Assembly: GCA_950097015.1 (NCBI GenBank)
Contig: CATNEN010000038.1
Coordinates: 12,462,001 to 12,526,000 of the forward strand
DNA: 64,000 nt
Source: Macrostomum hystrix
Taxonomy: Eukaryota; Animalia; Platyhelminthes
Direction: 5' to 3'
In this document: positions 25,701 to 37,700 of the stretch, piece after piece
Position numbering within the stretch: the stretch's first letter is position 1
Layout of the letters: each line of letters begins with the position of its first letter
Program-made: the position numbers and the translations under genes
Notes under the pieces: model-generated
What the model saw: only the letters and a program-made list of their open reading frames with translations
Database searches by the model: none
What the model was told of the DNA's origin: nothing

Positions 25701-28700
25701 ATGGGAATTGCGAAAGTACGAGTATAAAATGTGCTTCTTACGCGTCACCCGGAGCGAGTTCCACCCCCGAAGTATCAAAATAGCCGTTTGAAGTATTCAG
25801 AATTAGGTTCTTCTGAAACCGCATGAGCTTTCTGGTCCTGCCAGTAACGTTGAACAACAACCAATCTACTAGACCGTCAGATTTATAAAACGTCAAATTG
25901 ATTAGATCAGTGACAGATTGGGCATTTAACCAGAGCCACGCTTTGCTGACATAGTTCACGTCCATATCTTCTCGCGTGTACAGGTTCGGTCGGTTCAGCA
26001 GATTCAGCGGCTGCCATGGCAACAAAATGAGTGGACTTGCGCTACCGTAAAGCCGGTTGTCACCAAAATCATTATATCCGCTGAAAAGATCTCTATTAAT
26101 GCTGTACGAGTTCCAGTCTTGAGCGTAGTTTGTGTCCGGGTACAGCAGCTGATTAACAGATTTTATATTACTCTCGGCTGGAAATACTGGCATTTTGTTG
26201 TGAATTCGGGCGGCTAAGTGCCACGATTTTACTAAAATAGTACATTTTTCGCAAATCGTCAAAGTAATCCAATTTTCAAAGTGATAAGCAAAGAATGCGC
26301 AATTATTTTGCTCACTTGTCATTATGTAGACATACGAGTAGCCGTTAATTTTGCCACCCGCGCAGTACTGAAAGGACCCTGCGCCGCAGGCTATCATGCA
26401 GTTATTCTGGATTTCCACCTCGTTTGTTACCAGCTCAAAGTTCTCAAGAACTTTATCGTCACTCAAACAGGTGCAGGAGTCGCCCTCGATGATGGCTGAA
26501 TCAGCCAGACGATGTGTACAACTCCGAAGACACTCCTGCAGGGTTCCGCTGAGAATTGTCAATGTGTTGTTCTCTAGCTTAAACTGCGACGTAAGATTGC
26601 TTTTGTACTTGTGGCAGCCTTTGTAGTGGTTTCCTGTAAGATTATCCAACAATTATCGTCATAATTATCGCATATGACGAAACAGAGCAAAACAGGTAAC
26701 AAATTATTAGGTGCCAATCGCTTTTTGATTTCCGTTTATTTCACCAGGACTGCACTGCTAATGCATATTTATCCATTATCGAAAGTGCGCTTGAAAGCGT
26801 ATTGTGTGAGTGTTCTGTGATCAGTGGAATGGGCAGAATCGTCTCCAAGCTGACAGTCACTAGACAAAGCGTCATTACCACAGACCTCAACTGTTATTAT
26901 GTACTATTATATTATTATAAGTTGCTGTCTTTCTGAACGATTTCTAACTTTTCAAATTATTTGAACTCACGTTTTACGCAGAAAAACTTTCGCTTAGTAA
27001 TGTCAGTACAGCTAGTGCGGTAGGACATGTAGGGCACATGGATCTCATATGTGTAGATCGCTGACATAATATTTGTTTGTAGGCCAAAGTAGAAACACTT
27101 TTTGTCAAGCAATTCATTGACCGTCATATTAGCGAAGAAGCTCTCGAAGTTAAACTTTGAGGACATGACACTTCCATCAAGCAAGTGCGGGATCATGCCC
27201 AGCCAGCTCTGAATGCCAATGTTAATGTAAGGCTGGTCTGACAGATAGTATTTTGAATCTGGAACAACGAAATTTATAATAAGTTGCTCACTTCGAAATG
27301 GATATGTACATACATTCCAATTATCCATTTAATGAATACGGATAATTAAAAATGGATATAACCGATACGGAAATCAAATAATTCTTTGAAAATATATATA
27401 TTGGATAACCTAGCCCAGTTGGGGAAGATATACAGCCAAACTGACCGAAATTTCGCTCGCACCGGCGGGACACAACGCCTGTGAGGTATGAGTCAGTCCA
27501 GGCCCACGGGCTAAGGTCTGCGATGCCTCACACCTGCAGTCGCTTTTTGAGCAGGCTTGGCAGGAAGGAGCCCTGTGCCTTCGGGTGCAGGAATCCCTCC
27601 ACGCTGTCCCGTCAGCTGACCCATGGGTACACGTTCCGCGAGTGTTCAAGGCTGACCGGACAGAATGGGCAACAGCGCTGGATGACCCATCCAGGGCCTC
27701 TGGCCAAACTGGGTACGTCTAGCCCTGACTGGAGGGAAAGTTGTCACCCTTTGACCTTTGACCTTAACAGGGTACGCAGGTTAACTGCGGATCTGGCGCT
27801 GCTTTCTGCCGCCCTCTAAGGCCCAAGGTCTCGCCATGCCGAAGGGCGCTTGGCCGGGGAGTAGTCCGGTCTTTAGCGGCTCCTTTTTATTCTTTTCTCT
27901 ATTCTTGTGAATCACCGCTCACCCTCCTCCCGCTTTCAGCAATGGCTTCTTCTGCCCACTCTTATAAAGAAAATGAAACCGGGAACCCCCCGGTTGCTCC
28001 GGCCGCTACTAACAGCGCCAACGTCGCCCCATCGGAGGCTACCGGACCCGCTGCCACCCTGTCTGACGGAAGATCTGTCCCCGGACCTCTAGGCATCCGG
28101 TCCAAGGAAGCCCGTCACAGCCGTAACCAACGCCGCAACGAGCGGCGTCGGCGGCAGCGTGAAAGGGAGGCCGCGGTTCGGCAATCCACGGAGGTGGTGC
28201 CTCAAGTGGGCGAAGGTGCGGTTGTGCCGAAAGGAGCCACCGCCACCTCAGCCCCTCGGGAAACCGCCTCCGCGGGGTCACCACCCGCCGAGCCCACCAG
28301 CAACTCTAACTCAGGCAACGTGGCTGGGCCATCTGGAGCCGGCACACATGCAACGATGGCCAGCGAGGCCCCGGCCAGCCAACAATCTACCAAGGCCAAG
28401 GAGTCCTACGCCTCCAAGGCCAGTGCCATGCTCCAACCCGCGGTCATCGTTTTTGGGAAGAGCAAGACCTCACGGCCGAGCAGCTCGACAGTGCCTGGCG
28501 CATCATCGACGCTGCGCTCATTGACCAGCTCCTGGCTGGCCGCCCGGTGAGCGTGGTCAAATCGGCCAAAACGGACGGCTACATTTTCATCTGGTGCAAC
28601 TCAGAGGAAAGCAGCCGAGCTCTACGCGAGCTTCTGCCACAGCTAAAGTGGCGTAAGAAGCTCGGCAAGCTCACCTTCGCCAGCGAAAGCCAACGCCTTA

Positions 28701-31700
28701 AGACCGAGCGCTTAGTCAGATTCTGCTGAAGCTGCACCCCGACCTTGAGGCCAACGGGCTCCTTCACCATGCCTCCTCCCGCAAGGAGACGGGGTTCACG
28801 GTGATCCTGGGGCTCTCGGATGCGTGGACCAAGCGCTTGCCGCCAAAGTCCATCATTCACCTTGGTCTAACTCAGCTGACCATTCTCCGCTGCGAGGAGC
28901 GGAAAGCTGGCGAAGCCAAAAAAACCAAAGCTCCTGAGTCCGGATCCGGGGCGCAAGCTCCTCCGGCGAAGAAGCAGAGGCAAACGGTGGATCCCCACCC
29001 CGGTAAAGCAGCTCGCGCTGCCGAATCCGGACCTCGCGACCGCAGGCCTGCCAGGTCCACCCGGAGATCTGGGCTGGTCCAGCGAGCGCTGGAACAAGCC
29101 AGGACTCTCAGGGCGCACCTCGAGCGGGTCCACACATCGAACGCTCCACCGAAGCAGCCAGTGGGGCAGGAGCGACGAGGAGAGGCGCCGACTGACTGGT
29201 TTGAGGCTAGCACTCACCAGGCGGATCGCGCCATCCACGTTGACCTGACCGACGAGAGGCGAGCCTGGGCAGTATCGGCGTCACGACGCAAAGGGACGGT
29301 GAGGGAGACACTCATGCTGGGCCAATGTCCGCTGAGGGCTCCTCAGCCACCCTGACCGCCGGGGACGCCGAGATTCCCATGGAGCTATGCGAGCCTTCCA
29401 TCTCCGAAAAGGAAGAGGAGGAATTGCTACGTGACTCCCCGACTGCGCGGTCATGATCAGCAGTCCAGGTATTTGCTGCCTGCAGATTAATCTGCAACAC
29501 AGCGTCGCAGCTTCGGCTAACCTGATGCGTCAAGCCGAGCTCGACAAGCCGGGTCTCATCCTAGTCCAGGAGCCGTGGACCTCCAAAGGTAAGCCCCAAA
29601 ACGTGCCTTCTGGGTACAACTGCTTCTGCGTTAGCCCCCCGCGAGGCGAACCGGCCACCTAGAGCCTGTATCTTCGGGGCTAAAACCCTAGGTGCTTGGC
29701 TCAGATCCGACCTGTCTAACGGGGATATCTGCGTCATTCAATCTGAGGATCTGCTGCCTGGTTTACCTACCAGGTGACGCAGCGGTCGTCCGCCGGACGC
29801 TCGCCACCCTGGTTGAACTCTGCTCTGCCAGGAACTACGAGCTCATGGTCGCCGGCGATATCAACGCCCACCATACCCACTGGGGCAGCACAGGGATAAA
29901 CCAGAGAGGCGAACACCTCCTGTCTTATGTTGTCTCTACGACCCTTGAGTTCTGTAACTCCGGGTCTACACCTACCTTCGACAATGGACGCTGGTCAGAG
30001 GTGATTGACGCCACACTCGCTTCACCCAAGCTCTTTCAGAGTATTGGGGAGTGGCGCGTGCTCCCGGTGCCGTCCCTCTCTAACCATAAGTTCATTCACT
30101 TCCGTGTGGCGAGCGCTCGCAGCCTTAACCACATCACGTGGAGACGGAACGCTAGAAGTACTGATTGGGAAGCCCTCAGGCATGCCCTGGAGGCAACCCA
30201 TCGGGATCTTCGGGCCAACCACCCACTATTTCGACGTGCCGAGAAGCGGACGAGTGCGCGACTGTTTCAACAAAAACGCTAACCGCCGCCTTCGAGGAAG
30301 CCTGTCCCCTAAAAGCCTACAAAGGGAAGACATCTGTGCCGTGGTGGAATCCTGAGCTCGGCGACCTCCGTCTCAGAGCGAAGAAATTACGCCGCAGAGC
30401 AAACAAAACCAGGAGCCCTGCAGACCAGACCGTCTACCTTGAAGCCATTCATGGGTTCAAGAGGGAGATCAGGACTGCCAAGGCCCAGAAGTGGCGTCAA
30501 TACTGCGAGGAGCTAGAGGGCTCACGCCCCACCTCCAGGATTGTCAAAGCACTTACGCTGGACAAAATGTCCAAGCTCTCCTCGGTAAAGCGAACCGACG
30601 GCACGTCAACTGACAACCCAGGGGAAACGCTTGAGGTCATTCTCTCTGCCTTATTCCCCAACGAGCTAACCAACCCGACCACCTCAGACCACACTGAGGG
30701 ACGCCAGATGCTGGCTGCCTCTATCATCACGGAGGACCGCATCGTTAAAGCGGCCACCTCCTTTAAGCCTTTTAAGGCTCCAGGGCCTGATGGCATCGTA
30801 CCTGCTTTTCTTAGAGAGGCGGTTAAATCCCCAGGTTTCCTGCGCTCTCTTTGCAGCCTCTATCGAGCCTGCATCACGCTCGGGTACGTCCCGCAGGCAT
30901 GGACCGAGGCGAAGGTGATTTTTATCCCGAAGCCAGGCCACCCGGACTTACAGTCCATTAAATCCTTCAGACCAATCAGCCTAACCACCTTCCTGGTCAT
31001 GCTGATGGAGAGACTAGTGCTTTGGCGCCTTCTCTCAGTGGAACTGAAGAATGCGCCGCTCAGCGACAACCAGCATGCTTTTCGGGCGGGTCGCTCCACC
31101 GAAAGGCGCTGCTCGTTCTGGTCGACAATTGGAAAAATCTGAGCTTGGCACCGGCTTCGCCTAAAGTGTCTTCCTGGACATTGATGGTACCTTTGACAAC
31201 GTCCTCTTCGAGGCGTTCCGCAAAGCCCTTTGTGAGAGACACACTCACTCGTCCCTCACCAGATGGATCATGTATATGATCAGTCATCGCACGGTCACTG
31301 CCAACCTGCTGGGCCACCAACGGACGGTCCCCGTCCGCAAAGGGAGCCCGCAGGGAGGGGTTCTCTCTCCTATTCTCTGGAACATAGTCATTGACGAGCT
31401 CTACCGAGACGCTCGTCCTGACCCAATCCTGAAGGTGGGTTATGCGGACGATGTCACTGCTGTGGCGTCTGGCCCATCCCCTGATACTCTCAGGAACCTC
31501 CTTCAGAATTTCATCCACTCAATGAACAATGGGCGGGTCGCTGTGGTCTGAAGCTCTCCGAGACCAAGACTGCAGTGATCATGTTCACCAGCAGAAACAA
31601 GTGGCAGATAGAGCCGCTTAGGCTTTACGGTAAGGAAATTTCCTTCTGTAAGCAAACCAAATGCCTAGGGATCACCCTGGACCATAGGCTGAACTGGTCT

Positions 31701-34700
31701 CACCATGTTCAAACCAAAACCCAGAGGGCCCTCGCGATCCTCGCGCAGCTGCGAAGGGCCGTTGGCACCACCTGGGGGCTCACCCCCAAGCGCCTCTGGT
31801 GGATCTATACAGCAATGGTCAGGCCAGCTGTCTCGTACGGCAGTTTGATCTGGGCCAGCGCCCTGCAGATGAAGACCTGCCTGGAGGCACTTAGGAAAAC
31901 GCAAGGGCGCGCTTGTCGCATGACCATGAATGCCCCACTGTCTGCTCCTTACGACGGCCTCAATGTCTTCCTCGACGCTCCCCCGTTGGAAATTTTTGTC
32001 CACAGGGAAGCCGCTAAAACAGCGCGTCGGCTCATTGACGCCGGCGTCCGCTTCACGCCGCAAAGAGCAATGGCAAAGCGCAAACTTCTGCCTTCGAGAC
32101 TTGAAAGATAGCGGTGGACTACACGTCTTATCTGACGGCGAACCTCGCACTCTCAATCTCACCCAGCGCTACAAAATCATCATCCCTTCGAGGGAAGACG
32201 CCAGGAGGTCCACTGCTATACGGACGGATCCCTTAAAGACGGCCTTGCCGGCTTTGGGGTCTGCATCCTGATCAACGGCCGCGTCGTCGCCACGCATGCC
32301 CAACATACTGGGAGACTTTCTACGGTCTTCCAGAATGAAATCCTTGCCATCAGCTCCTGTGCCGCACAGCTGAATGCCAGGAATACGAGAGGAGAGACTA
32401 TCATCATCCACTCTGACAGCCAAGCGGCCTTAAAAGCCCTTTTGCCGCACCACCACGTGCTCCCGGACAGTCGCTGACTGTGTTTGGCAACTCAACCTCC
32501 TGGCCCGTAACAACACGGTCAGGCTGAGCTGGATCCCTAGGCAAGCGGGCTTCCCAGGGAACGAGCTAGCGGATACCCTTGCCAAGCAAGGTGGCTCTGG
32601 CTCTCTCCTGGGCCCTGCTCCCCTGGTCCCGATCCCTATCACGGTCATTAATCGCCTTATTGATGACTGGGCTGAGTCCCTCCGCAGGGACAGATGGGCG
32701 GGCACCCAGAACTGTCGGCAATCCCGTGCCGCAGTTCCGCGCCCGTCTCGCAGGCTTAGGAACATCCTTTTGAACCAAAACCGGAAGGATATCCGCGCCC
32801 TCGCCATGACCCTCACGGGCCACGGCTACCTCGCTAGGCACTTTTTCCTCCGGGGAGACCTTGAGAATGAACTCTGCCCATTCTGTGAGTACGACAACGA
32901 AGATGCTGAGCACTTTGTGTGTCACTGCCCTTTCTTTAACAGAGACCGGCTACGCGGGTACCGGGCCCAACCTGTCTATGGACGAGATCTGCCAGCCCGA
33001 CAGCATTCCACGGCTCGTCCAGTTCCTCCGGGCAACAAGACGAGCCACGTTCTTCCCTACGGAAGACAACGCTGCAGGACGGACCGGTGGACCACCCTGA
33101 CCGGCCCCGCGCCCTTGCCTGTCTGCGGGCCTACAGGGGTTAGCGGTATGGGCGATCCTCGCCTCCCCGCTGCGTCCATGGACCACCCTGCAAGTCAAGA
33201 AGTAAGTCAAGACCGAAATTTCTACCCCAGCTCATTTTTTATAGCTGGGTGAGCTTAAGCAGTAGACAATTGTCTTTCTCAAAGACACAAATTCTGAATT
33301 TCTAAACATCGGCTAGATAAGCTAGGATCTGTAACAGAAGCGCATTAGAGTTAAATATGTTTAACAATACGACTACCAAGACCTTTTGCAGCCCGTTTCT
33401 ATACTAAGGAGGGAGGAATTGCCACCTCGCCCTGAATTTTTTTGGCAGCACCTGAATGCTAACAGCATTAGGTGGTGACTGATTGGTTGACAGATTAGGC
33501 AAGGTTGTCCTGTAGTCGAGCTGCGCATAATATTTAGGCTTGATCAGTGAAACTGGTGAAATTCGCTTCAGGGTGTCCATAGTGACCAAGTTCCACCTGT
33601 TGTAGCCCTTAAAGGTCCAGCAAGTCCGTCTAGATAAAGGTTGGTGACCACCGAAGACTGAGATGATGCAGGCACATTCGGGTGACATGCTGATAAATTT
33701 TGAAGGCCTGGCAAAGCCGCACTGAGGCGCAGTGCTAATTCGTGTATAGGGGTGTATGAAATACACTAGCGCTAAGGGAAAAATCTGACATTCGGCCAGA
33801 ACCATTGAATATTCCGATGATCTGAAGGGCTGGCGACTTGATTAAAGTTGGCTCGTTTTTCTTGACTTTTATTTGCTTGCGTTGCTCCGTTCAGATGCAG
33901 CAAAAAAGTATCACCTTTGATAAATTTCACCTTGGGAAAATCCCTTTTATTAGTTATACTGTGCAAGTCGAAATGCTGACAACGATAATTGACAGTTATG
34001 GGGTTTACTCACACTTGAAGAATGTGGCCTCCATGACAACTAAGTCAGACGCATCCGCTGAAGGCGACCAGAGGACGGAATTCTGGCTGGCGCAGAACCG
34101 GGCTGAATCTGTCCAAGACAGCATGTCGCTTATCCGAAGTCGAGGCTTGTAACAGGAGCCTCGATAGCCAAACCAGCCCGGATTGCAAGGTGTCCCGTCT
34201 GCAGAATGTGGTTCCGGTTGCCCAGTTCATGTGTCATTTTATCCTTAGGTCCTTAACTGCGCACTAACACATGAAATTCTTATCGCTCACGTCATTCTAT
34301 CCTCACGTCATTCTATCATCATTTCATTCTATCCTCACGTCATTCTATCCTCACGTCATTCTATCCTCACGTCATTCTATCCTCACGTCATTCTATCCTC
34401 ACGTCATTCTATCCTCACGTCATTCTATCCTCACGTCATTCTATCCTCACGTCATTCTATCCTCACGTCATTCTATCCTCACGTCATTCTATCCTCACGT
34501 CATTCTATCCTCACGTCATTCTATCCTCACGTCATTCTATCCTCACGTCATTCTATCCTCACGTCATTCTATCCTCACGTCATTCTATCATCACGTCATT
34601 CTATCCTCACGTCATTCTATCTTCACGTAAATCTATCCTCACGTCATTCTATCTTCATGTCATTCAATCTTCACACCAATATATTCTCACGTAATTCTAT

Positions 34701-37700
34701 CCTCACTAATGTTATATTTTTTCAATTTGTGTTTTTTTAATAAATTGTTGCTTAAATATTGTCCTGAGCTCCAACCTATCATGCTGCAGAATGCTTTTGT
34801 TCCAGAAGCAGGGGCTGTAGTAGTATTAAGCGTTCCAGAAATCAGAAAGTAGTTGCTCTCGTAAATATCGGCACCAGTAAAATACTCTTTGCAGGAGTTA
34901 AACTTCTGCACCTGTGTAGCCATAGTGTGAATGTTATAGTGATTGCCTGTGCCGCCGCAGGTCTCGTTCGAGGCCAGGCACTGAATGTCGCAGGCTGAAT
35001 CTGACTCCACAACGGCCTCTTTAATGACATCATTCAGGCAGGTGCAGGTTAAGTTGCGCACCGCAGCGTACTGGCTGCCCGGTTGGGTCTTGCAGAAAGC
35101 GAGACAGGCTGCCGAGCTGAGGAGACCCATGTAAGTCTCGGTGACCATCTTTTCGTTTGGAATGAGGCCGATCCTGTAGCAGCCATCTGAAAATTTTGTT
35201 TTGCAATCGAAGTTTTTATTGTGCCAGCCATATCAAACCTGAACCCTTTGAAAACCAACCTCCTTTTGTTAGCGTAATATTACCGATTCAATGGTCGACG
35301 TGATCTCCCTCTCCCGTGTCATGTGCTCTCTTCGGTCAATCAGCTCTACGCAGTTTTGTGGGTCGCGTTTGCCTCTCGCACCAATGTCCCTGAGCTCGTT
35401 TCCGCGGCGAGGCCACATTCATTTGGGGCACAGCCGCGGAGAGAGTACTTGGAGGCTTGAGGGCCAGCCTCCAAGGCACAGTGAGAGTGTGCTCAGCATG
35501 ACGATGAGAAAGTAAGGGCAGATGTACACACCTGTGTGAGTGTGCGCCAGCGGACAGTATGTGCGTGTGTGCTCAGAAGTGCGCGAAATGGGCAGAATTG
35601 CCCTGTCGCTGACTGCGGGTCCAGTGTCACCAAATGATTAGCTATTGCCCGCAGCCTCCTGCAATTATTATAATCTAGGCAGCTGTGATATCCCCCGCAA
35701 TGGTCTTTCGTAGTTGCGTTCTGGCCAACACAGCCATCTGGTCGCTATCACGTTCTCTCCGTATTTACCAAGAGAATTAAACACACGAAACACACAAAGC
35801 CATGCAGTTATGCCCGATCGTTACCAAATGAGTCGTAGACAGAAAAGTAGCCCGAGGGTCCGCTGACAGAAGTAGCGCTGCCACCGCAGTATTCGGTTTG
35901 GTTGCACAGCTCGAGACAATACCAGTTCCTTGCCTCTAGATTGGCCCGAGTCAGCACGAACGGCATCGTCTCGGTGGCGTTCTCATTTGTGTTTGGCGTC
36001 AGCCCCGTGACATTCGGGGTCAGGCAGTGGCAGCTGCTTGAGTTCACCACAGCAAGGAGGTACTTTAACTGGTAGCAGGTGTGCCTGCACTCGCTCACCA
36101 GCAGGCCAGAGCTGACTGGCACTAGCACACCGCCATTAACTCTGGACTCGATTTCAGGCCAGGTGAAACAGCCACGATAATAAGACTGGTCTGAAGTGGT
36201 TTTGGTCGACGAGCTTTCTTTGGTGATACGTCGCCAAAAATATTTAATCCTGATTTTATATGAAGACAAGGAAACTCACATCTGCATGTGTTTAAGTCAA
36301 AGTCGACCGTGAATTCCGAATTTCTTGACCAAACTTTGCTTACCCGTCTGTGAAAAAATGTTTTTTAAAAAAGTTGATAACTGCTAGGTAACGTTTAAAT
36401 GAGTCTGGAAACCATGTCAGGACTGCAGAGAATAGATGACATGTTTACATACCATTAAAAATCGTTTTTTGTCGTTAGGGACAAATGTTATAATGATCAG
36501 CTTATCGAAAAGAGCTTCAAACAAGCATAAGAAATCGGTGACGTTAGTGCTTTTCAATAAATTTCACTTTGCTTGTGCTTGTATCACTTGACCGAGAGTT
36601 CATTATCGACAACTTCTCTAATTCACCGGAGGACTTACTGACTATAGATATCAGAAGACACCTGGCAGACATTGTCAATCTGAAGATCGAACCTTCGACC
36701 TTTGTAGCCACTGAGGCAGCGGTAGCGCAGCCAGTAGCCGTCTGTGACCTCGTACATGTCCGCAGATGGCTTTGGAGATATTATCACCGATTGCGGACCT
36801 GGAGACGCGTATCCCAACCAGCAGATTCGCTCTGAAAACCATTTTAGTTCAATATGATTTCATAACTTCACCAGAAGAATTATAGAACATTTGTTAGGCT
36901 AGACTTCACTAAAGGTAAAGTCCAAAGAGTTGCCTTCGAAACTTACTGACACAGGTCGGTAGGGAAATCTGTTCTGTAGATTGGAAAGATACTGTCACGC
37001 TCAACATGCCTGCTTCTAACTCATCATAGATGACCGACCAGGTGGCGAAAGGTGTGCACACTAGTTTGGCTGATCGGGAACTGTTTTTGTACCGACGATA
37101 AAACTCCAGGGACTGATTAGCACAGGTGATGAGAATCTCAGTGTCGACGGCGCTGGTGACGTTAGGCTCCAGGCCGCCGCTTCGCAGAGTGTACACATGC
37201 GTCGGGTTCCCCAGCTGCGGTTCCTGGGCGCAGGTGACAACTGGAAAACAGCCATCGGTTGGTACAATGAAATTAGTATTTATGTAATTTTTATTTTAAT
37301 GTAACATGTAATGTAATTTTAATGTAATGTATTTTACTGATGCCATTTTACTATGACGCTGTTGTACATCTTAAGTATTTGTAAGCTTACAAAGCTAGTC
37401 ACCTTGGAAACTAGCTTGTCTCATGCGTGCATAAATTGTAATTTCATGCATATTAAATAACTTTGACAGCAAATTTCGTTGGTTTCTAGCTTTACTCCCA
37501 GCCGATAAGCTTTTAGCATCGAACAAACAGCTGGTATTTACAGTACAAAAGTCTGGACGCAATAATTTTTTTTATTTGTTTAATTGTTCAAACTGAACGC
37601 TTGCATTTTATCGTGAGCAGTATAAATGAAACATTTGAGAGTAAATATAGCTAAATTTTGGTCTTTCTGTTAAGACTTGGACTTAAGACATAGTTGTCCT

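Larger units (their letters stand above)
27455..33210 (+). mobile_element. Full-length but frameshifted non-LTR retrotransposon of the LOA/R1/Tad1 group with RNase H, antisense in a gene B intron
   Basis: 12-bp TSD GACCGAAATTTC at 27443-27454 and 33211-33222. APE motifs CLQINLQHS, LVQEPW, GDINAHH..WGS. RT motifs KAPGPDG, FRPISLT, QGGVLSPILWN, YADD, then WGLTPKRLWWIY. RNase H motifs TDGS, QNEILAI, HSDSQAAL, GNELADTLAK. C-terminal LTGH..CPFC....EHFVCHC. Short (AAGTC/AAGT) tail. Confidence 0.92.

Noticed and set aside
34286-34705. CRISPR-like array or repeat protein ORF (also 6512-6712 and 20386-20559)
   Set aside because: Head-to-tail minisatellites with no spacers, in a eukaryotic intron with no cas genes; the ORFs are periodicity artefacts.
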